A DNA stretch of 32,000 nt from Edaphobacter aggregans (GCF_003945235.1 NZ_RSDW01000001.1:4980001-5012000); one strand, 5' to 3'; shown: positions 1-8,689, counted from the first letter of the stretch. The notes: a model not told the origin generated them from the sequence alone. Translations and numbers: made by a program.

Positions 1-10
1 CGTCGTTATC

Positions 11-30
11 GAAGGAGGCTCCTTCTTTTT
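11..30 (+). terminator. Rho-independent terminator-like hairpin ending a gene upstream of the window
   Basis: GAAGG-AGGCT-CCTTC stem-loop (11-25) followed directly by TTTTT (26-30). Confidence 0.45.
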
Positions 31-221
31 CGTTCGCGGTACGCAAAAGAGCCTTATTTTCCGGTTGGATTGGGAGAAAGGATCGCTTGTGTACCGACAA
101 TGACGTCGACTATCCGCTTGACCACGGATATAACCACAACCCTCCAGATGGAGGAGATCAACCACCGTCGTGGTGGCCTCCTTCAAAAGGAGGCTATCAA
201 GCGCAGGAAAGGGAGACAACA

Positions 222-461
222 ATGCAGATTCTTTTCTGGCGTGTGGAACGGTCCACCAAGTCAAGCCTAACCGCGGTACGCATCAACGTGCAGCGCAATT
301 CTGAAGGCTACGTTTACCAATGGAAAGTGGCCGACAGAAAGCGGCGACTCAGTAAGCGAGAGCTGCACGAACTAGATATGAGGGTAGCCAAGTATGTGGC
401 CACTCGAAACGACAACCCTCCGGCGCGACCGGAGCACAAAACATACTTTGCACATCTTTAG
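222..461 (+). CDS. Hypothetical small protein (79 aa)
   Basis: ATG at 222 is preceded by GGGAGA 5 nt upstream. The longer TTG-87 version adds only a low-complexity P/G/D-rich extension. No recognisable motif. Confidence 0.35.
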   Translation: MQILFWRVERSTKSSLTAVRINVQRNSEGYVYQWKVADRKRRLSKRELHELDMRVAKYVATRNDNPPARPEHKTYFAHL

Positions 462-527
462 AACCTGCAAAGTTTCACCAGGGAGAGGTCCTCATGACTC
501 TCCTTCGGTGATGGAAAGGGACGATTT

Positions 528-1379
528 ATGAGGTCTAGGGTAGCAGCTCTAATCCTGGCCGTCGGGAGCGTTGCCTCGGCTCAGACCATCACACACCAAC
601 AGGTTAACTCCAATATTGTTACTCCGGTTGCGACAGCGTTGAACCACCTCAGCCTGATCGAGCTTCCGGAACCGATCACCCGGGCAGCGGTGGGCAGCGA
701 CGACATCCGCATCGAATGGCACGGCAATACTGTTGCTCTCAAGCCCATCCGGCAGGGCCAGTCCACAAATCTCTTTGTATGGACCGAACATACCCAGTCT
801 ACTTACGAGATTCTTCCTCCAGGCGATGTGAAGGGCGCGTCTTTTGTCATCGACGAATCGAACGGGTTTGGGTCTGCGCCGACCGAATCCCAGGTGAAGG
901 TCAGCGAGACGGACATCCAGAAGGCCGCCGATACGCTCATCGCCCAGGCGATGTTGCAAAGCTCGCTTGTCGACAGCCGCGAGATCAAGGACGCAAAAAA
1001 ACATATCAATGTGCGCATCACGGAGGTTGTGCGCGACAAGGATACCCTTTATGTCCGCTATACCCTCTCCAATCCGAGCCGGCACGCGTACCGGGTGAGC
1101 GATCCAGCGGTATTCACCTTCAGTCCAAACGATGTCAGGGACGTGGTGGGCTCGCTCAAGGGGATACAGATTCCGCAACAAAAGATGGATGCGCTGGGTT
1201 CGGGTACAACGTCCACTGTCATCGTTCGGGAGGCGCATATCGCGAGCCGTGATCTGAATCCGGGCCAGACGGTCGATGGCGTGGTGTGCTTCAAAGAGGC
1301 AGACGCGAAACCGATCGTCTATCGCTTCGTGTTTGGAAACGACGAGTCGCATCCGGTCAGCGCGGCGGCGGTGCTGTGA
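528..1379 (+). CDS. VirB9/TrbG/CagX-like conjugative T4SS periplasmic/outer-membrane component
   Basis: Signal peptide MRSRVAALILAVGSVASA/Q. The N-terminal block LSLIELPEPITRAAVGSDDIRIEWHGNTVALKPIRQGQSTNLFVWTEHTQSTYEIL follows the VirB9/TrbG pattern as I remember it (hIxFxExI..GD..W....N.hhhKP....TNLhVxT...Y.F.L). AAGGGA RBS; lies directly upstream of a coupling protein. Confidence 0.55.
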   Translation: MRSRVAALILAVGSVASAQTITHQQVNSNIVTPVATALNHLSLIELPEPITRAAVGSDDIRIEWHGNTVALKPIRQGQSTNLFVWTEHTQSTYEILPPGDVKGASFVIDESNGFGSAPTESQVKVSETDIQKAADTLIAQAMLQSSLVDSREIKDAKKHINVRITEVVRDKDTLYVRYTLSNPSRHAYRVSDPAVFTFSPNDVRDVVGSLKGIQIPQQKMDALGSGTTSTVIVREAHIASRDLNPGQTVDGVVCFKEADAKPIVYRFVFGNDESHPVSAAAVL

Positions 1380-1603
1380 TGGCTTTGACGGAGTGCCTCA
1401 CATCGAAGGAGGCGCAGGAGCTCCTCCTTCTCGCATATAGAGATGGAGGAGCTGATCCCCTTCGAGCATACGCGGTGCGGCCGTTCCTCAATCCCATCGA
1501 ACAACGCAACGAAAAGAACAAGCGGAAGGCCCATCCCATGTTTGTGGTTGCGCTCCTGCTTCTGGCAGCGGCGATCCTGGCAGCATGGTTCTTTTCTCGT
1601 TGA
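1379..1603 (+). CDS. Small membrane protein (74 aa), translationally coupled to the upstream gene
   Basis: The ATG overlaps the upstream stop (TGATG at 1377-1381). C-terminal TM segment MFVVALLLLAAAILAAWFF. Confidence 0.45.
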   Translation: MALTECLTSKEAQELLLLAYRDGGADPLRAYAVRPFLNPIEQRNEKNKRKAHPMFVVALLLLAAAILAAWFFSR

Positions 1604-1610
1604 GGTCATC

Positions 1611-3362
1611 ATGCCACCTGTCCAGCAGAACCGCGCCCGCCGGCGAAATGATGCAGAAGATCTCATGCTCATCGTGTGGTTGGCTTTATTTCTAGTGGTC
1701 GGCGCCCTCTACTATCTTGCTTATAGTCGCTTCCATATCCGCGTGAACCAGCTGGTTGAGTTGTCGTTTTACCTGCTGCTCGCCGCCGTATTTCTCTACG
1801 AGTGGCTCCGTTACGCCATGACACGAGAGGAAAAGATGGAGGAAGTGTGGCCGCGGCCGGTGCCGTATATCTCCCCAGGTGAGGACCGGCGACAGGTCGA
1901 GCTGGCGCGGGCGAAGCAATCCGTTCTGTTGGGCTACGACATCTTTGGCAAGCCGGTCACCTGGTTAAATGAGACCCGCACCTATCAGGCGAATTGCTTC
2001 GGCATGACCGGCGGTGGGAAAACTACTTTGCTCCACAGTATTACGGAGCAGGACATCTTCAGCGGAGTGCCCATCATCTTCATCGACGGCAAGGGCGACT
2101 GGGAACTCTTCGAGAAGCTCATTCCTGCGATGGAAGCGGCGGGCCGGATCCATCAGCTGCGCGTAATCAACCCGATGCGCCCCGACATCTCCGCAAGCTA
2201 CAACCCTTTCTGGTCAGAAGACGGCAACTACGAGGACCACATCAGCTTCATCTTCGATAGTTTCAAGATGGAGAAAGACTTCTTTGAGGGCCACCAGCGG
2301 GTTTACCTGGAGAACATCGCCCGCATCCTGCATTACACAGGGAAGCGGTTCAACTTCCACGATGTGCTCGTGGCCGCATACGACCAGGACCTACTCGGTC
2401 GGCAGATCAAGCGAGCGATAGAGCTGACGCGAGACGTCGATTCGATCACGGACCAGCAGCGCCTTACCCTGCAGATGAGCGTTCGCAATCTGCTCGAATC
2501 GTTCGGTGACCGGGAACGGGTGGCCAAGATCCAGGGCCTGATTAACAACCTGATGACCTTCATGGCGGACGACCTGGCGCTAATCACCGGCCCCTACGAC
2601 AACCTCCTGTCGCTCAACGATGTGATCGAGCAGAAGCTGATCCTGTACGTGAGCCTGAACGTCAACGTGAACGAACGTGCCGTCACTGCTCTCGGTCGAA
2701 TGCTTCTCCAAAACCTGCAGCTGATGATCGGAAAACGGTACGCCGAGGCCCAGAGGGGACTGGAGCAGCCGTTTGTCAGCGTCATCATGGACGAGTTTTC
2801 TCCATTCGCTTATGAGAACTTTGCTCACATCCTGGTGACTGCGCGCGGCGCAAACGTAGCATTCCTGTTCGCGCTTCAGAGCGCACCCCAGTTGCTCCAG
2901 GTGGGCCGCGGCTTCCGAAACGATGTAGCCAGCGCACCCAATACGACGTTCATGCTTCGTATCAAGGATGAAGAGACCGCGCAGGATTTCCTGATGGCAT
3001 CGTCGCGGATCCGCCAGATGCGTCGCAGCATGCGTATCCGAAAGACGGGCCTGTTCCAAAACAGCTACAAGGAAGACGGGGATGGCAGCCAGACCGAGAT
3101 CAAGGACACACTCGCCCAGGAGGAACACATCAAGCGCATGCCGACCGGCCAGATGGAGATGCTGACACCGGACAAGATACGGGGAGTGGTGCACCAGCAT
3201 GTGCATATTCGCCAACCATTCCGGCACTGGCTGGCCGATGTTCCGGAGAACCTCTACCCCAAATTGGTCAGCTACGCGGATGAGTCGAATGGTCTCAATC
3301 TTCGCTTTTCGAATCCGGAGCTGGAGGAAAGGCGAACACGGCGAGGGAAGAAGAGGAGCTAA
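1611..3362 (+). CDS. Type IV coupling protein (TraD/TraG/VirD4-type conjugative ATPase)
   Basis: Two N-terminal TM helices (LMLIVWLALFLVVGALYYLAY, LVELSFYLLLAAVFLYEWL). Walker A GMTGGGKT (nt 2001-2024), IIFIDGKGD, Walker B SVIMDEFSPF, and the ALQS..QL block. Start is taken at ATG 1611 (GAGGT RBS), not ORF-track 1443, which would overlap the upstream gene. Confidence 0.85.
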   Translation: MPPVQQNRARRRNDAEDLMLIVWLALFLVVGALYYLAYSRFHIRVNQLVELSFYLLLAAVFLYEWLRYAMTREEKMEEVWPRPVPYISPGEDRRQVELARAKQSVLLGYDIFGKPVTWLNETRTYQANCFGMTGGGKTTLLHSITEQDIFSGVPIIFIDGKGDWELFEKLIPAMEAAGRIHQLRVINPMRPDISASYNPFWSEDGNYEDHISFIFDSFKMEKDFFEGHQRVYLENIARILHYTGKRFNFHDVLVAAYDQDLLGRQIKRAIELTRDVDSITDQQRLTLQMSVRNLLESFGDRERVAKIQGLINNLMTFMADDLALITGPYDNLLSLNDVIEQKLILYVSLNVNVNERAVTALGRMLLQNLQLMIGKRYAEAQRGLEQPFVSVIMDEFSPFAYENFAHILVTARGANVAFLFALQSAPQLLQVGRGFRNDVASAPNTTFMLRIKDEETAQDFLMASSRIRQMRRSMRIRKTGLFQNSYKEDGDGSQTEIKDTLAQEEHIKRMPTGQMEMLTPDKIRGVVHQHVHIRQPFRHWLADVPENLYPKLVSYADESNGLNLRFSNPELEERRTRRGKKRS

Positions 3363-3367
3363 TCGTT

Positions 3368-4174
3368 ATGAAGATGAGAGCCATCATTTGCATAGCCATG
3401 CTTAACCCGGTTCTGGTCTTTGGTCAGGTTGGCGGCAACCGACCGCGAAGTTCCTATGATCCGGCCGCTCAGGCAGGCACAATGGGCCATCAGCAAAGCG
3501 GGGTCGCGACGGCCCTGCAGAAGGTAAATCCCAAGGACAAGGACTACGGGGCGGCGATCGAACAAGGCAGAATCGCGGCGCTGGAGCAAACGGTTGAGGA
3601 TTTCTACTGGTGGTACTGCGTGGTGTCGACCGGGGTGCTCTTACTGCTGGTGATGTATGTTATGTGGCTCTCGCGGGAAAGGGAGTTGCGTCTCAAGGTC
3701 TCCGCGGACATCGTATCCCAGCTTTACAACAGCTATGTTACCGCCAGAGCCAAAGCTCTCGATGCCATCGAAGCCCACAACAATCTGGCCAAACGGTACA
3801 ACGCAAAACTGTTGGAAATGGCGGCCATGAGCCAAGCGAGCACGAATAAGGAAGGAAAGACAGCGGCCAAGGAGAGTATCGAAGAGGCTGAGAAGCTCCG
3901 CACCAAGAGATCGAATCTAACGCGGGAGACGACACCAGTGGAGACGAACATTGTCGGTCAAGACACGAGTGGTACAGATAACGTGCCGGAGAAGAAGCTC
4001 GAGGAGGATTTTGAGGGCGAAGATGTCGAGGAGCTCAAGGAACGGATAAGGCAACTGGCTGCCCAGAAAAAGGCGAGCGAGCAGAAGGTTGCGAATCTCA
4101 GGACACAGCTATCGCGAGCACATCACAGTCTCCAGACCTACCGCGGTGATGTCCCAGATGGTAGGTCGGCATGA
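3368..4174 (+). CDS. Membrane-anchored coiled-coil protein, unknown function
   Basis: N-terminal signal-like segment, central TM (YWWYCVVSTGVLLLLVMYVMWL), then a long K/E/A-rich heptad-like C-terminal region. Starts 6 nt after the T4CP stop. Confidence 0.6.
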   Translation: MKMRAIICIAMLNPVLVFGQVGGNRPRSSYDPAAQAGTMGHQQSGVATALQKVNPKDKDYGAAIEQGRIAALEQTVEDFYWWYCVVSTGVLLLLVMYVMWLSRERELRLKVSADIVSQLYNSYVTARAKALDAIEAHNNLAKRYNAKLLEMAAMSQASTNKEGKTAAKESIEEAEKLRTKRSNLTRETTPVETNIVGQDTSGTDNVPEKKLEEDFEGEDVEELKERIRQLAAQKKASEQKVANLRTQLSRAHHSLQTYRGDVPDGRSA

Positions 4175-4353
4175 TTGTTCATTGCCTCAGCTTCGGTACA
4201 TTGTGGTGGTTGCGGCCTGGCAACGACAACGAATCCAGCCTGAAGTTCTCCTCCCAAGCAGCGGTATTCAACACAACTGGATTCATTTCCGGTTCCCGCG
4301 AGCGCCGGAACTGGATCGTTCCCGGTCTGATTCGCTTCAACCTCGGCACATGC

Positions 4354-4704
4354 ATGGAGCAGCGAGTAAACCCCGAGCTGCAGCAGCAAACACGGTTCTT
4401 TTCGAGCGGCCTCGAGCGGAAGGGTACGCAAAACCGGCTTCTTCTCAGCAGGAAGGTGAAGGCAAATGCACCGGTCGATCTGCTTCTCGTGAGCATGTCG
4501 GAGAAGGATCACGGACGCATCTGGTTCGATTCGGAGTGGAGATCCCAGGGTGTGAGGTTGGTCGCAGCGAGCGAGTTCGGCACGAGGCAGGAATCTTTAG
4601 TGCTCCTACCTATGAATGGATTTGTCAGGACACACCAAGGTGAGTGGAGGATTGTATGGGCAGGATTGACGGCTTCATTGACCAAGACGTCACAGATCAA
4701 CTAG
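4354..4704 (+). CDS. Hypothetical protein (116 aa), weakly supported
   Basis: G/C-rich third codon positions and a protein-like composition (VDLLLVSMSEKDHGRIWFDSEWRSQGVRLVAASEF). The competing frame 4089-4643 is R/P/A-rich junk. No clear RBS, and it overlaps the next gene if that starts at 4656. Confidence 0.3.
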   Translation: MEQRVNPELQQQTRFFSSGLERKGTQNRLLLSRKVKANAPVDLLLVSMSEKDHGRIWFDSEWRSQGVRLVAASEFGTRQESLVLLPMNGFVRTHQGEWRIVWAGLTASLTKTSQIN

Positions 4705-5510
4705 CGACCTGTGACGAAGTGGATCTCCAAAGAATCGGCGTTCAACTCAGCATGGAGCGCGATCTGCCCCTGCTTCTGGCAGTGAGAAACAGCACATTCG
4801 TGTCGCATGATCAGTTGCTGCAGTTCATGACAGAGGCTGGTCTCGAGCACGATCGCAGATGCTTCAATTGGAGAGTGCGCCGCTTTATCAAAGGAGCACA
4901 CGTGCGCAAAACAGACCCGATCGCTCCATACAAGGGAGCGGTCTACGCGATTACGAGGTTTGGATTGGGTGTACTGGAGAGCTATGGGGAAGGCCTGGTG
5001 AGCGTAAGCTCGGGTTCGCGCAATCTGCCGAGTATCCTTCAGGCGCCCCATTTCCTCGAATTGAACGAGATTTATCTGGCATTGAAAAGAACCGAAAGGC
5101 TGAAGCGTTGGAAATCAGAGCGCGAATTGATATCCCTTAATTATGTAATCGGAACGCCTTTAGCCAAGGATTATGACGCCATCGCCGAGGTTGAAATTAG
5201 CGGTGACTCGCTACGGGTCGCGATTGAATATGAGAGAACGCTCAAATCGGCGGAGCGATATAAGGAGATTCAGCGCACAATTCGCGACGAAGGCGATGTG
5301 GATATGGTGTTGTATGTGACGCCGTCCTTCGATCTCGTCTTCAGTCTTGCACGCGAATTCGACCATCCAGAACTGCCAATGTGTTTCGTTTCTTCTGCAC
5401 AATTGAAGGTTAACTTACTGGAAACAACTCTTCTGTTTGCGTACGGTTCTATGCGTGAGACGTTCTCCCTATGGGACGCGATGACCACTGTGCTGCCGAT
5501 AAAAGGGTAG
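4656..5510 (+). CDS. Replication-relaxation family protein (wHTH N-terminus; Replic_Relax-like)
   Basis: GGAGG lies 5 nt upstream of ATG 4656; an alternative ATG is at 4752. The pattern ERDLPLLLAVRNSTFVSHDQLLQF ... WRVRRFIKGAHVRK ... GAVYAITRFGLGVL ... HFLELNEIYLAL ... DYDAIAEVEISGDSLRVAIEYERTLKSAERY matches the family architecture as I remember it. Confidence 0.55.
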   Translation: MGRIDGFIDQDVTDQLATCDEVDLQRIGVQLSMERDLPLLLAVRNSTFVSHDQLLQFMTEAGLEHDRRCFNWRVRRFIKGAHVRKTDPIAPYKGAVYAITRFGLGVLESYGEGLVSVSSGSRNLPSILQAPHFLELNEIYLALKRTERLKRWKSERELISLNYVIGTPLAKDYDAIAEVEISGDSLRVAIEYERTLKSAERYKEIQRTIRDEGDVDMVLYVTPSFDLVFSLAREFDHPELPMCFVSSAQLKVNLLETTLLFAYGSMRETFSLWDAMTTVLPIKG

Positions 5511-5531
5511 CAAAGCCGCAGTCCTCGTGTG

Positions 5532-5548
5532 CAGATGGAGTCCATCTG
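5532..5548 (+). terminator. Weak hairpin downstream of the replication-relaxation gene
   Basis: CAGATGG-AGT-CCATCTG (7-bp stem, 3-nt loop) sits 22 nt after the stop. The T-run (TTTTCT) appears only 12 nt later. Confidence 0.25.
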
Positions 5549-5665
5549 AAATGGTGGACTTTTCTACCCGTTGATTCCGCCCTCTCCGCTGTCTTTCCAC
5601 TGCGTTTCCGAACCGATGTTCTGTCCTTCCTTCCTGCATTGTCGAAGTCTTACCGCTCCTTTCCA

Positions 5666-5687
5666 GACCATTTCCGGACCATTTCCG
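5666..5687. repeat. Perfect tandem duplication, 2 x 11 nt (GACCATTTCCG GACCATTTCCG)
   Basis: Read directly at 5666-5676 and 5677-5687, inside a pyrimidine-rich intergenic stretch. Confidence 0.9.
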
Positions 5688-5796
5688 CGATGGCTGCAAC
5701 TTACGGGAAGTACGACAGTTATTTCTGACTACCTGCTGGTGCACATGCAAAACGATATATGGAGGTTTTCCAGTGAATGGTAGCTGAAAGGGTAAA

Positions 5797-7908
5797 TCAA
5801 GGTTGTAAGACCTTGAAGCCGATGTCCGTTGCTGGGTTCGGATTGAATGGTTTGTCGCCCCTCCGAGGACAAGAGACTGTGTCGCCGGGGTCACGCGTGC
5901 TTAGGATGTATTCGCCCGGTGGGAGTTCGTAGTCCTTTGTTAAATCAATTCGGCTGCTGACGCATGTGTGCGCTGGAAGTGAAAATGAAACAGAGATCGT
6001 GCACATGATCGGGTTGTAGTATCCCGAGGGGTCAGCCTTGCACTGTTTGTCTGAAGCTATCTGCCTCTTGTTTAGTACGCGATGGCCGTATGCGTCATAG
6101 AGAACGAAGCCACCAGCTTTGAGGTAAGCCGGTTCGGTACACGAGCCTAGCTCTATCGGGAGATTGCTAGAGTTGTTCGTCCAGAGATAGAGAGGTATCG
6201 GCTCGTCCCTGACAAACTCGTGTTGCTCCATCGACAGCTCATACTCGGGGTCGTGTGTGCCTTCGATTCGGTACGGCCTGCCATGAGCGAGCAACTCGGG
6301 CTTGTTGCATTCGGACGGTATAGACGCAATTGGCGCTGGCGCACTTACCTGTGCGAGCTTCGCCTGATGCAAATTGAGCGGGTCGCCATCGTAGGGACCT
6401 TGACGCCACGCACTGATGTCGATCGAGACGCAGTCGGACGCTTCAAGGGGCACGGTCGCGGACAGAGCGATTTCTGTGGGTAGTGGCCGGGTGTTGCCTG
6501 GCTCAGTCAAGCTGGCGTCTCGGTCCAAGCGCAATTGGAGCTTGGGCGTGGAGATGCAGTAGCCTGTTTCCTTGCCGTTGGCTCCCACCAGAAGGTGCGC
6601 CGTCTCGCCTTGGTTCAGGTCGATACGCCCATTGGGACGCGGTATAAAGAGCTCGTTTTCACAGTTGGGACACGCCGGCGGTAGGAAGGGTTGGTAGTCA
6701 CCCTTATTGTCGAGCCCACGCATGGCTGGCACCCCAGCTAGCGAGCAGGCCTGCGGAGAGATGTTAGTTGCGTCGTAGGCGCGAAGGGTCTTGAGTGGTG
6801 TAGAGATAATTGGCGAGAGCGAGGCGACCCGCAACTGGCTCGCGGTGCAGGCTGGAAGAGGGTCGAGGATGATGACTTGCCGCGGGAGTGCGGGATCGCG
6901 CACAACGAGGTCGACGCGTGTGCGTGCATACTGCACCGTAGCTTTCTGGCCCGCACCTCGACCGACGGGTGCCGTGATGTCATACTCGAGCGGACCAACA
7001 TGTTTCGGGGTAAAGTCTAGATTCCCCATCGCAAGGCCCATGACTCCAGGTTCGTGGTACCACGGCACTGCCGATGGCCCAACGTTCTCATCCAATGCGA
7101 CGTCGTCGCACTGCTGGAGAGAGATGATGGTGGTTCCGTCCGACTCCCGTTTCCTCAGCTGACTGAAGGCGCACCCCTCGGCGGCCGTTCTCGGAAAGTT
7201 CAATCTGAGCGAGAACAGCCTGTCCCCCAGCATGGTGCGCTTAGCCTGTGCACTGAGCGACAGTAGGGGCGAAGCTGTGGCAATCTCTTTTGATGTCGTG
7301 GGTGATGGAACTGTGAACTCGTGCAAGCCGTCAGGACCGTACCAACCTAACCAGCTCTGTGGAACTGGCGAGGCACTACTGTATCGGCCCGGGCGATAGC
7401 CAGTAACGGCGAATGGGCCACAGGCACGAATCCAGAGATGTCGGATTTCGATCGACGGTTCGCTTCGTCCTTGCCATTGATAAGAGAAGCCGAGGCGGAC
7501 CCCAGAGTATAGGTCGCAGCTTAGTTCTGGACCAGCACGCGAGGTCCACACAAAGAGCAGGTGCGCCCAGGCGCCAGGCTCAAGTACCTGAGGACGAAAT
7601 TCGGTCGCATACCCGGGATCGCCGGTTCTCGGTGCGGCGTAGAAGGGCTGGTTGTTGGTGTCCGAAGTCGGCACCAAGTCGACCTGCGGAGACTGAAGCG
7701 AGCAGCCCGCCGGGCTGATGTTCTGGAGTTCGAGAACAAACAAATGGCCGCCGTAAGTGAAGCTCGGCGGAGTTGGCAGGGCTGAAACATCCAACATCGC
7801 TGGCGAGCATATTTGTCCTGACGTTGCCAGCGTCTGTGCAGAAATGGTTCTTCGTACCATTCCGAACCAGCAGCAGAATACACAGATCAGAGTCAAGCTG
7901 TTACGCAT
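5797..7908 (-). CDS. Large secreted Cys-containing protein with at least two DUF4232-like modules
   Basis: AAAGGG RBS. Signal peptide MRNSLTLICVFCCWFGMVRRTISA/Q. Two modules fit the DUF4232-type pattern as I remember it (C-x3-L ... N-h-S/G-x2-x-C-x-L-x-G/S-x-P): CSPAMLDVSA...LELQNISPAGCSLQSPQVDLVP and CTASQLRVAS...YDATNISPQACSLAGVPAMRGLD. Confidence 0.65.
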   Translation of the reverse strand: MRNSLTLICVFCCWFGMVRRTISAQTLATSGQICSPAMLDVSALPTPPSFTYGGHLFVLELQNISPAGCSLQSPQVDLVPTSDTNNQPFYAAPRTGDPGYATEFRPQVLEPGAWAHLLFVWTSRAGPELSCDLYSGVRLGFSYQWQGRSEPSIEIRHLWIRACGPFAVTGYRPGRYSSASPVPQSWLGWYGPDGLHEFTVPSPTTSKEIATASPLLSLSAQAKRTMLGDRLFSLRLNFPRTAAEGCAFSQLRKRESDGTTIISLQQCDDVALDENVGPSAVPWYHEPGVMGLAMGNLDFTPKHVGPLEYDITAPVGRGAGQKATVQYARTRVDLVVRDPALPRQVIILDPLPACTASQLRVASLSPIISTPLKTLRAYDATNISPQACSLAGVPAMRGLDNKGDYQPFLPPACPNCENELFIPRPNGRIDLNQGETAHLLVGANGKETGYCISTPKLQLRLDRDASLTEPGNTRPLPTEIALSATVPLEASDCVSIDISAWRQGPYDGDPLNLHQAKLAQVSAPAPIASIPSECNKPELLAHGRPYRIEGTHDPEYELSMEQHEFVRDEPIPLYLWTNNSSNLPIELGSCTEPAYLKAGGFVLYDAYGHRVLNKRQIASDKQCKADPSGYYNPIMCTISVSFSLPAHTCVSSRIDLTKDYELPPGEYILSTRDPGDTVSCPRRGDKPFNPNPATDIGFKVLQP

Positions 7909-7990
7909 TTAGCCCTTTCATGCAACTCATCCTGCGCTCGCAGGGTGGCGCGGTTGAAGGCGCTGCCCGAGGTGTCCTCGACGAGAACGC

Positions 7991-8689
7991 TCAGAATTTG
8001 TAGTAGGCTCCGATCACGGGCTCTGCCGTGTGCATAAATCCGATGTTGGGGTTCGTGTTGTTGGGAGGAACAATGCCGGGAGCCTTGTACAGATTGCCGC
8101 GATATTGCAGGCGCAGGCCGGCGTGCCGAGCGAATCCCCAGTCGAATCCAGCACCGTAGACAAACGCCGGCTGGGTGGTATTTGTGGTTCCGCTCTGGCC
8201 GCTCACAGGCTGATTCAGCAAAAGGCCCACGCCGAGAAGACCAAACGGTCTCAGACTGCCAAAGTTTCCCGAGGGGACCCACCCGACAGTGAATTGTTGC
8301 GCATTGGCGGAGACAGCATACGTAGGGTTGGGACAGACGGTGTTGCCACATCCGAATGCGGGTTGGGCGATGAACTCGTCGTACACTTCGTTGGCGCGAC
8401 GGAAGGAGTAGGAGGCTTGCCACCCAAGGAAGGGACTGGAGATACGGCGGAACTCCAGCAGTCCGCCCGCCGAGGCGGCTGGGTTTATCCGATAGAAGTT
8501 AGAGTTGCCCGGGGTAGTGCTGTTGGTGAACGCTCCGTAGATGCTGAGCGCCATATCCGTCTGCCCAATTTCCGGGTGCATTCGCCATGCGTGTTGTGTT
8601 TGCTGCGCCTGGCAGGTCTGGTTCAGAACGAGTGCCACCGGGAAGAGTACGAGCACAAGGAGAATGAATCTCTGCTTTAGGATCCTCAC
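7991..8689 (-). CDS. Outer-membrane beta-barrel protein (OmpW/OMP_b-brl-like)
   Basis: GTG start. Signal peptide MRILKQRFILLVLVLFPVALVLNQTCQA/Q. Alternating aromatic/glycine beta-strand pattern with a C-terminal ...GAYYKF (terminal Phe typical of OMPs). Confidence 0.7.
   Translation of the reverse strand: MRILKQRFILLVLVLFPVALVLNQTCQAQQTQHAWRMHPEIGQTDMALSIYGAFTNSTTPGNSNFYRINPAASAGGLLEFRRISSPFLGWQASYSFRRANEVYDEFIAQPAFGCGNTVCPNPTYAVSANAQQFTVGWVPSGNFGSLRPFGLLGVGLLLNQPVSGQSGTTNTTQPAFVYGAGFDWGFARHAGLRLQYRGNLYKAPGIVPPNNTNPNIGFMHTAEPVIGAYYKF

Noticed and set aside
549-1352. 267-aa minus-strand ORF antisense to the VirB9-like gene
   Set aside because: It is a shadow ORF of a GC-rich coding region. 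The composition is R/H/D-rich, there is no RBS or motif, and the plus-strand gene has a signal peptide and family pattern.
1443-1610. Long N-terminal extensions suggested by the ORF track: T4CP from 1443, ssb from 10992, MTase from 22807, 213-aa ORF from 10516
   Set aside because: The extensions overlap upstream genes and are compositionally odd. Internal ATGs with good RBSs coincide with the start of the recognisable domains.
2580-3227. 215-aa minus-strand ORF inside the T4CP gene
   Set aside because: It is antisense to a CDS with clear Walker motifs and has no features of its own.
4523-4532. GGTTCGATTC, reminiscent of a tRNA T-loop (possible integration target)
   Set aside because: I could not fold the flanks into acceptor, D or anticodon arms, and no matching T-stem is present.
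4089-4643. 184-aa plus-strand ORF in the gap after the coiled-coil gene
   Set aside because: The composition is R/A/P/S-rich and off-frame-like. The 4354-4704 frame looks more protein-like, and even that is weak.
7893-8680. ORFs 7893-8423 (-) and 8030-8680 (+) overlapping the OMP gene
   Set aside because: The alternative frames lack signal peptides or motifs. The 7991-8689 frame gives a textbook OMP with a signal peptide and terminal Phe.
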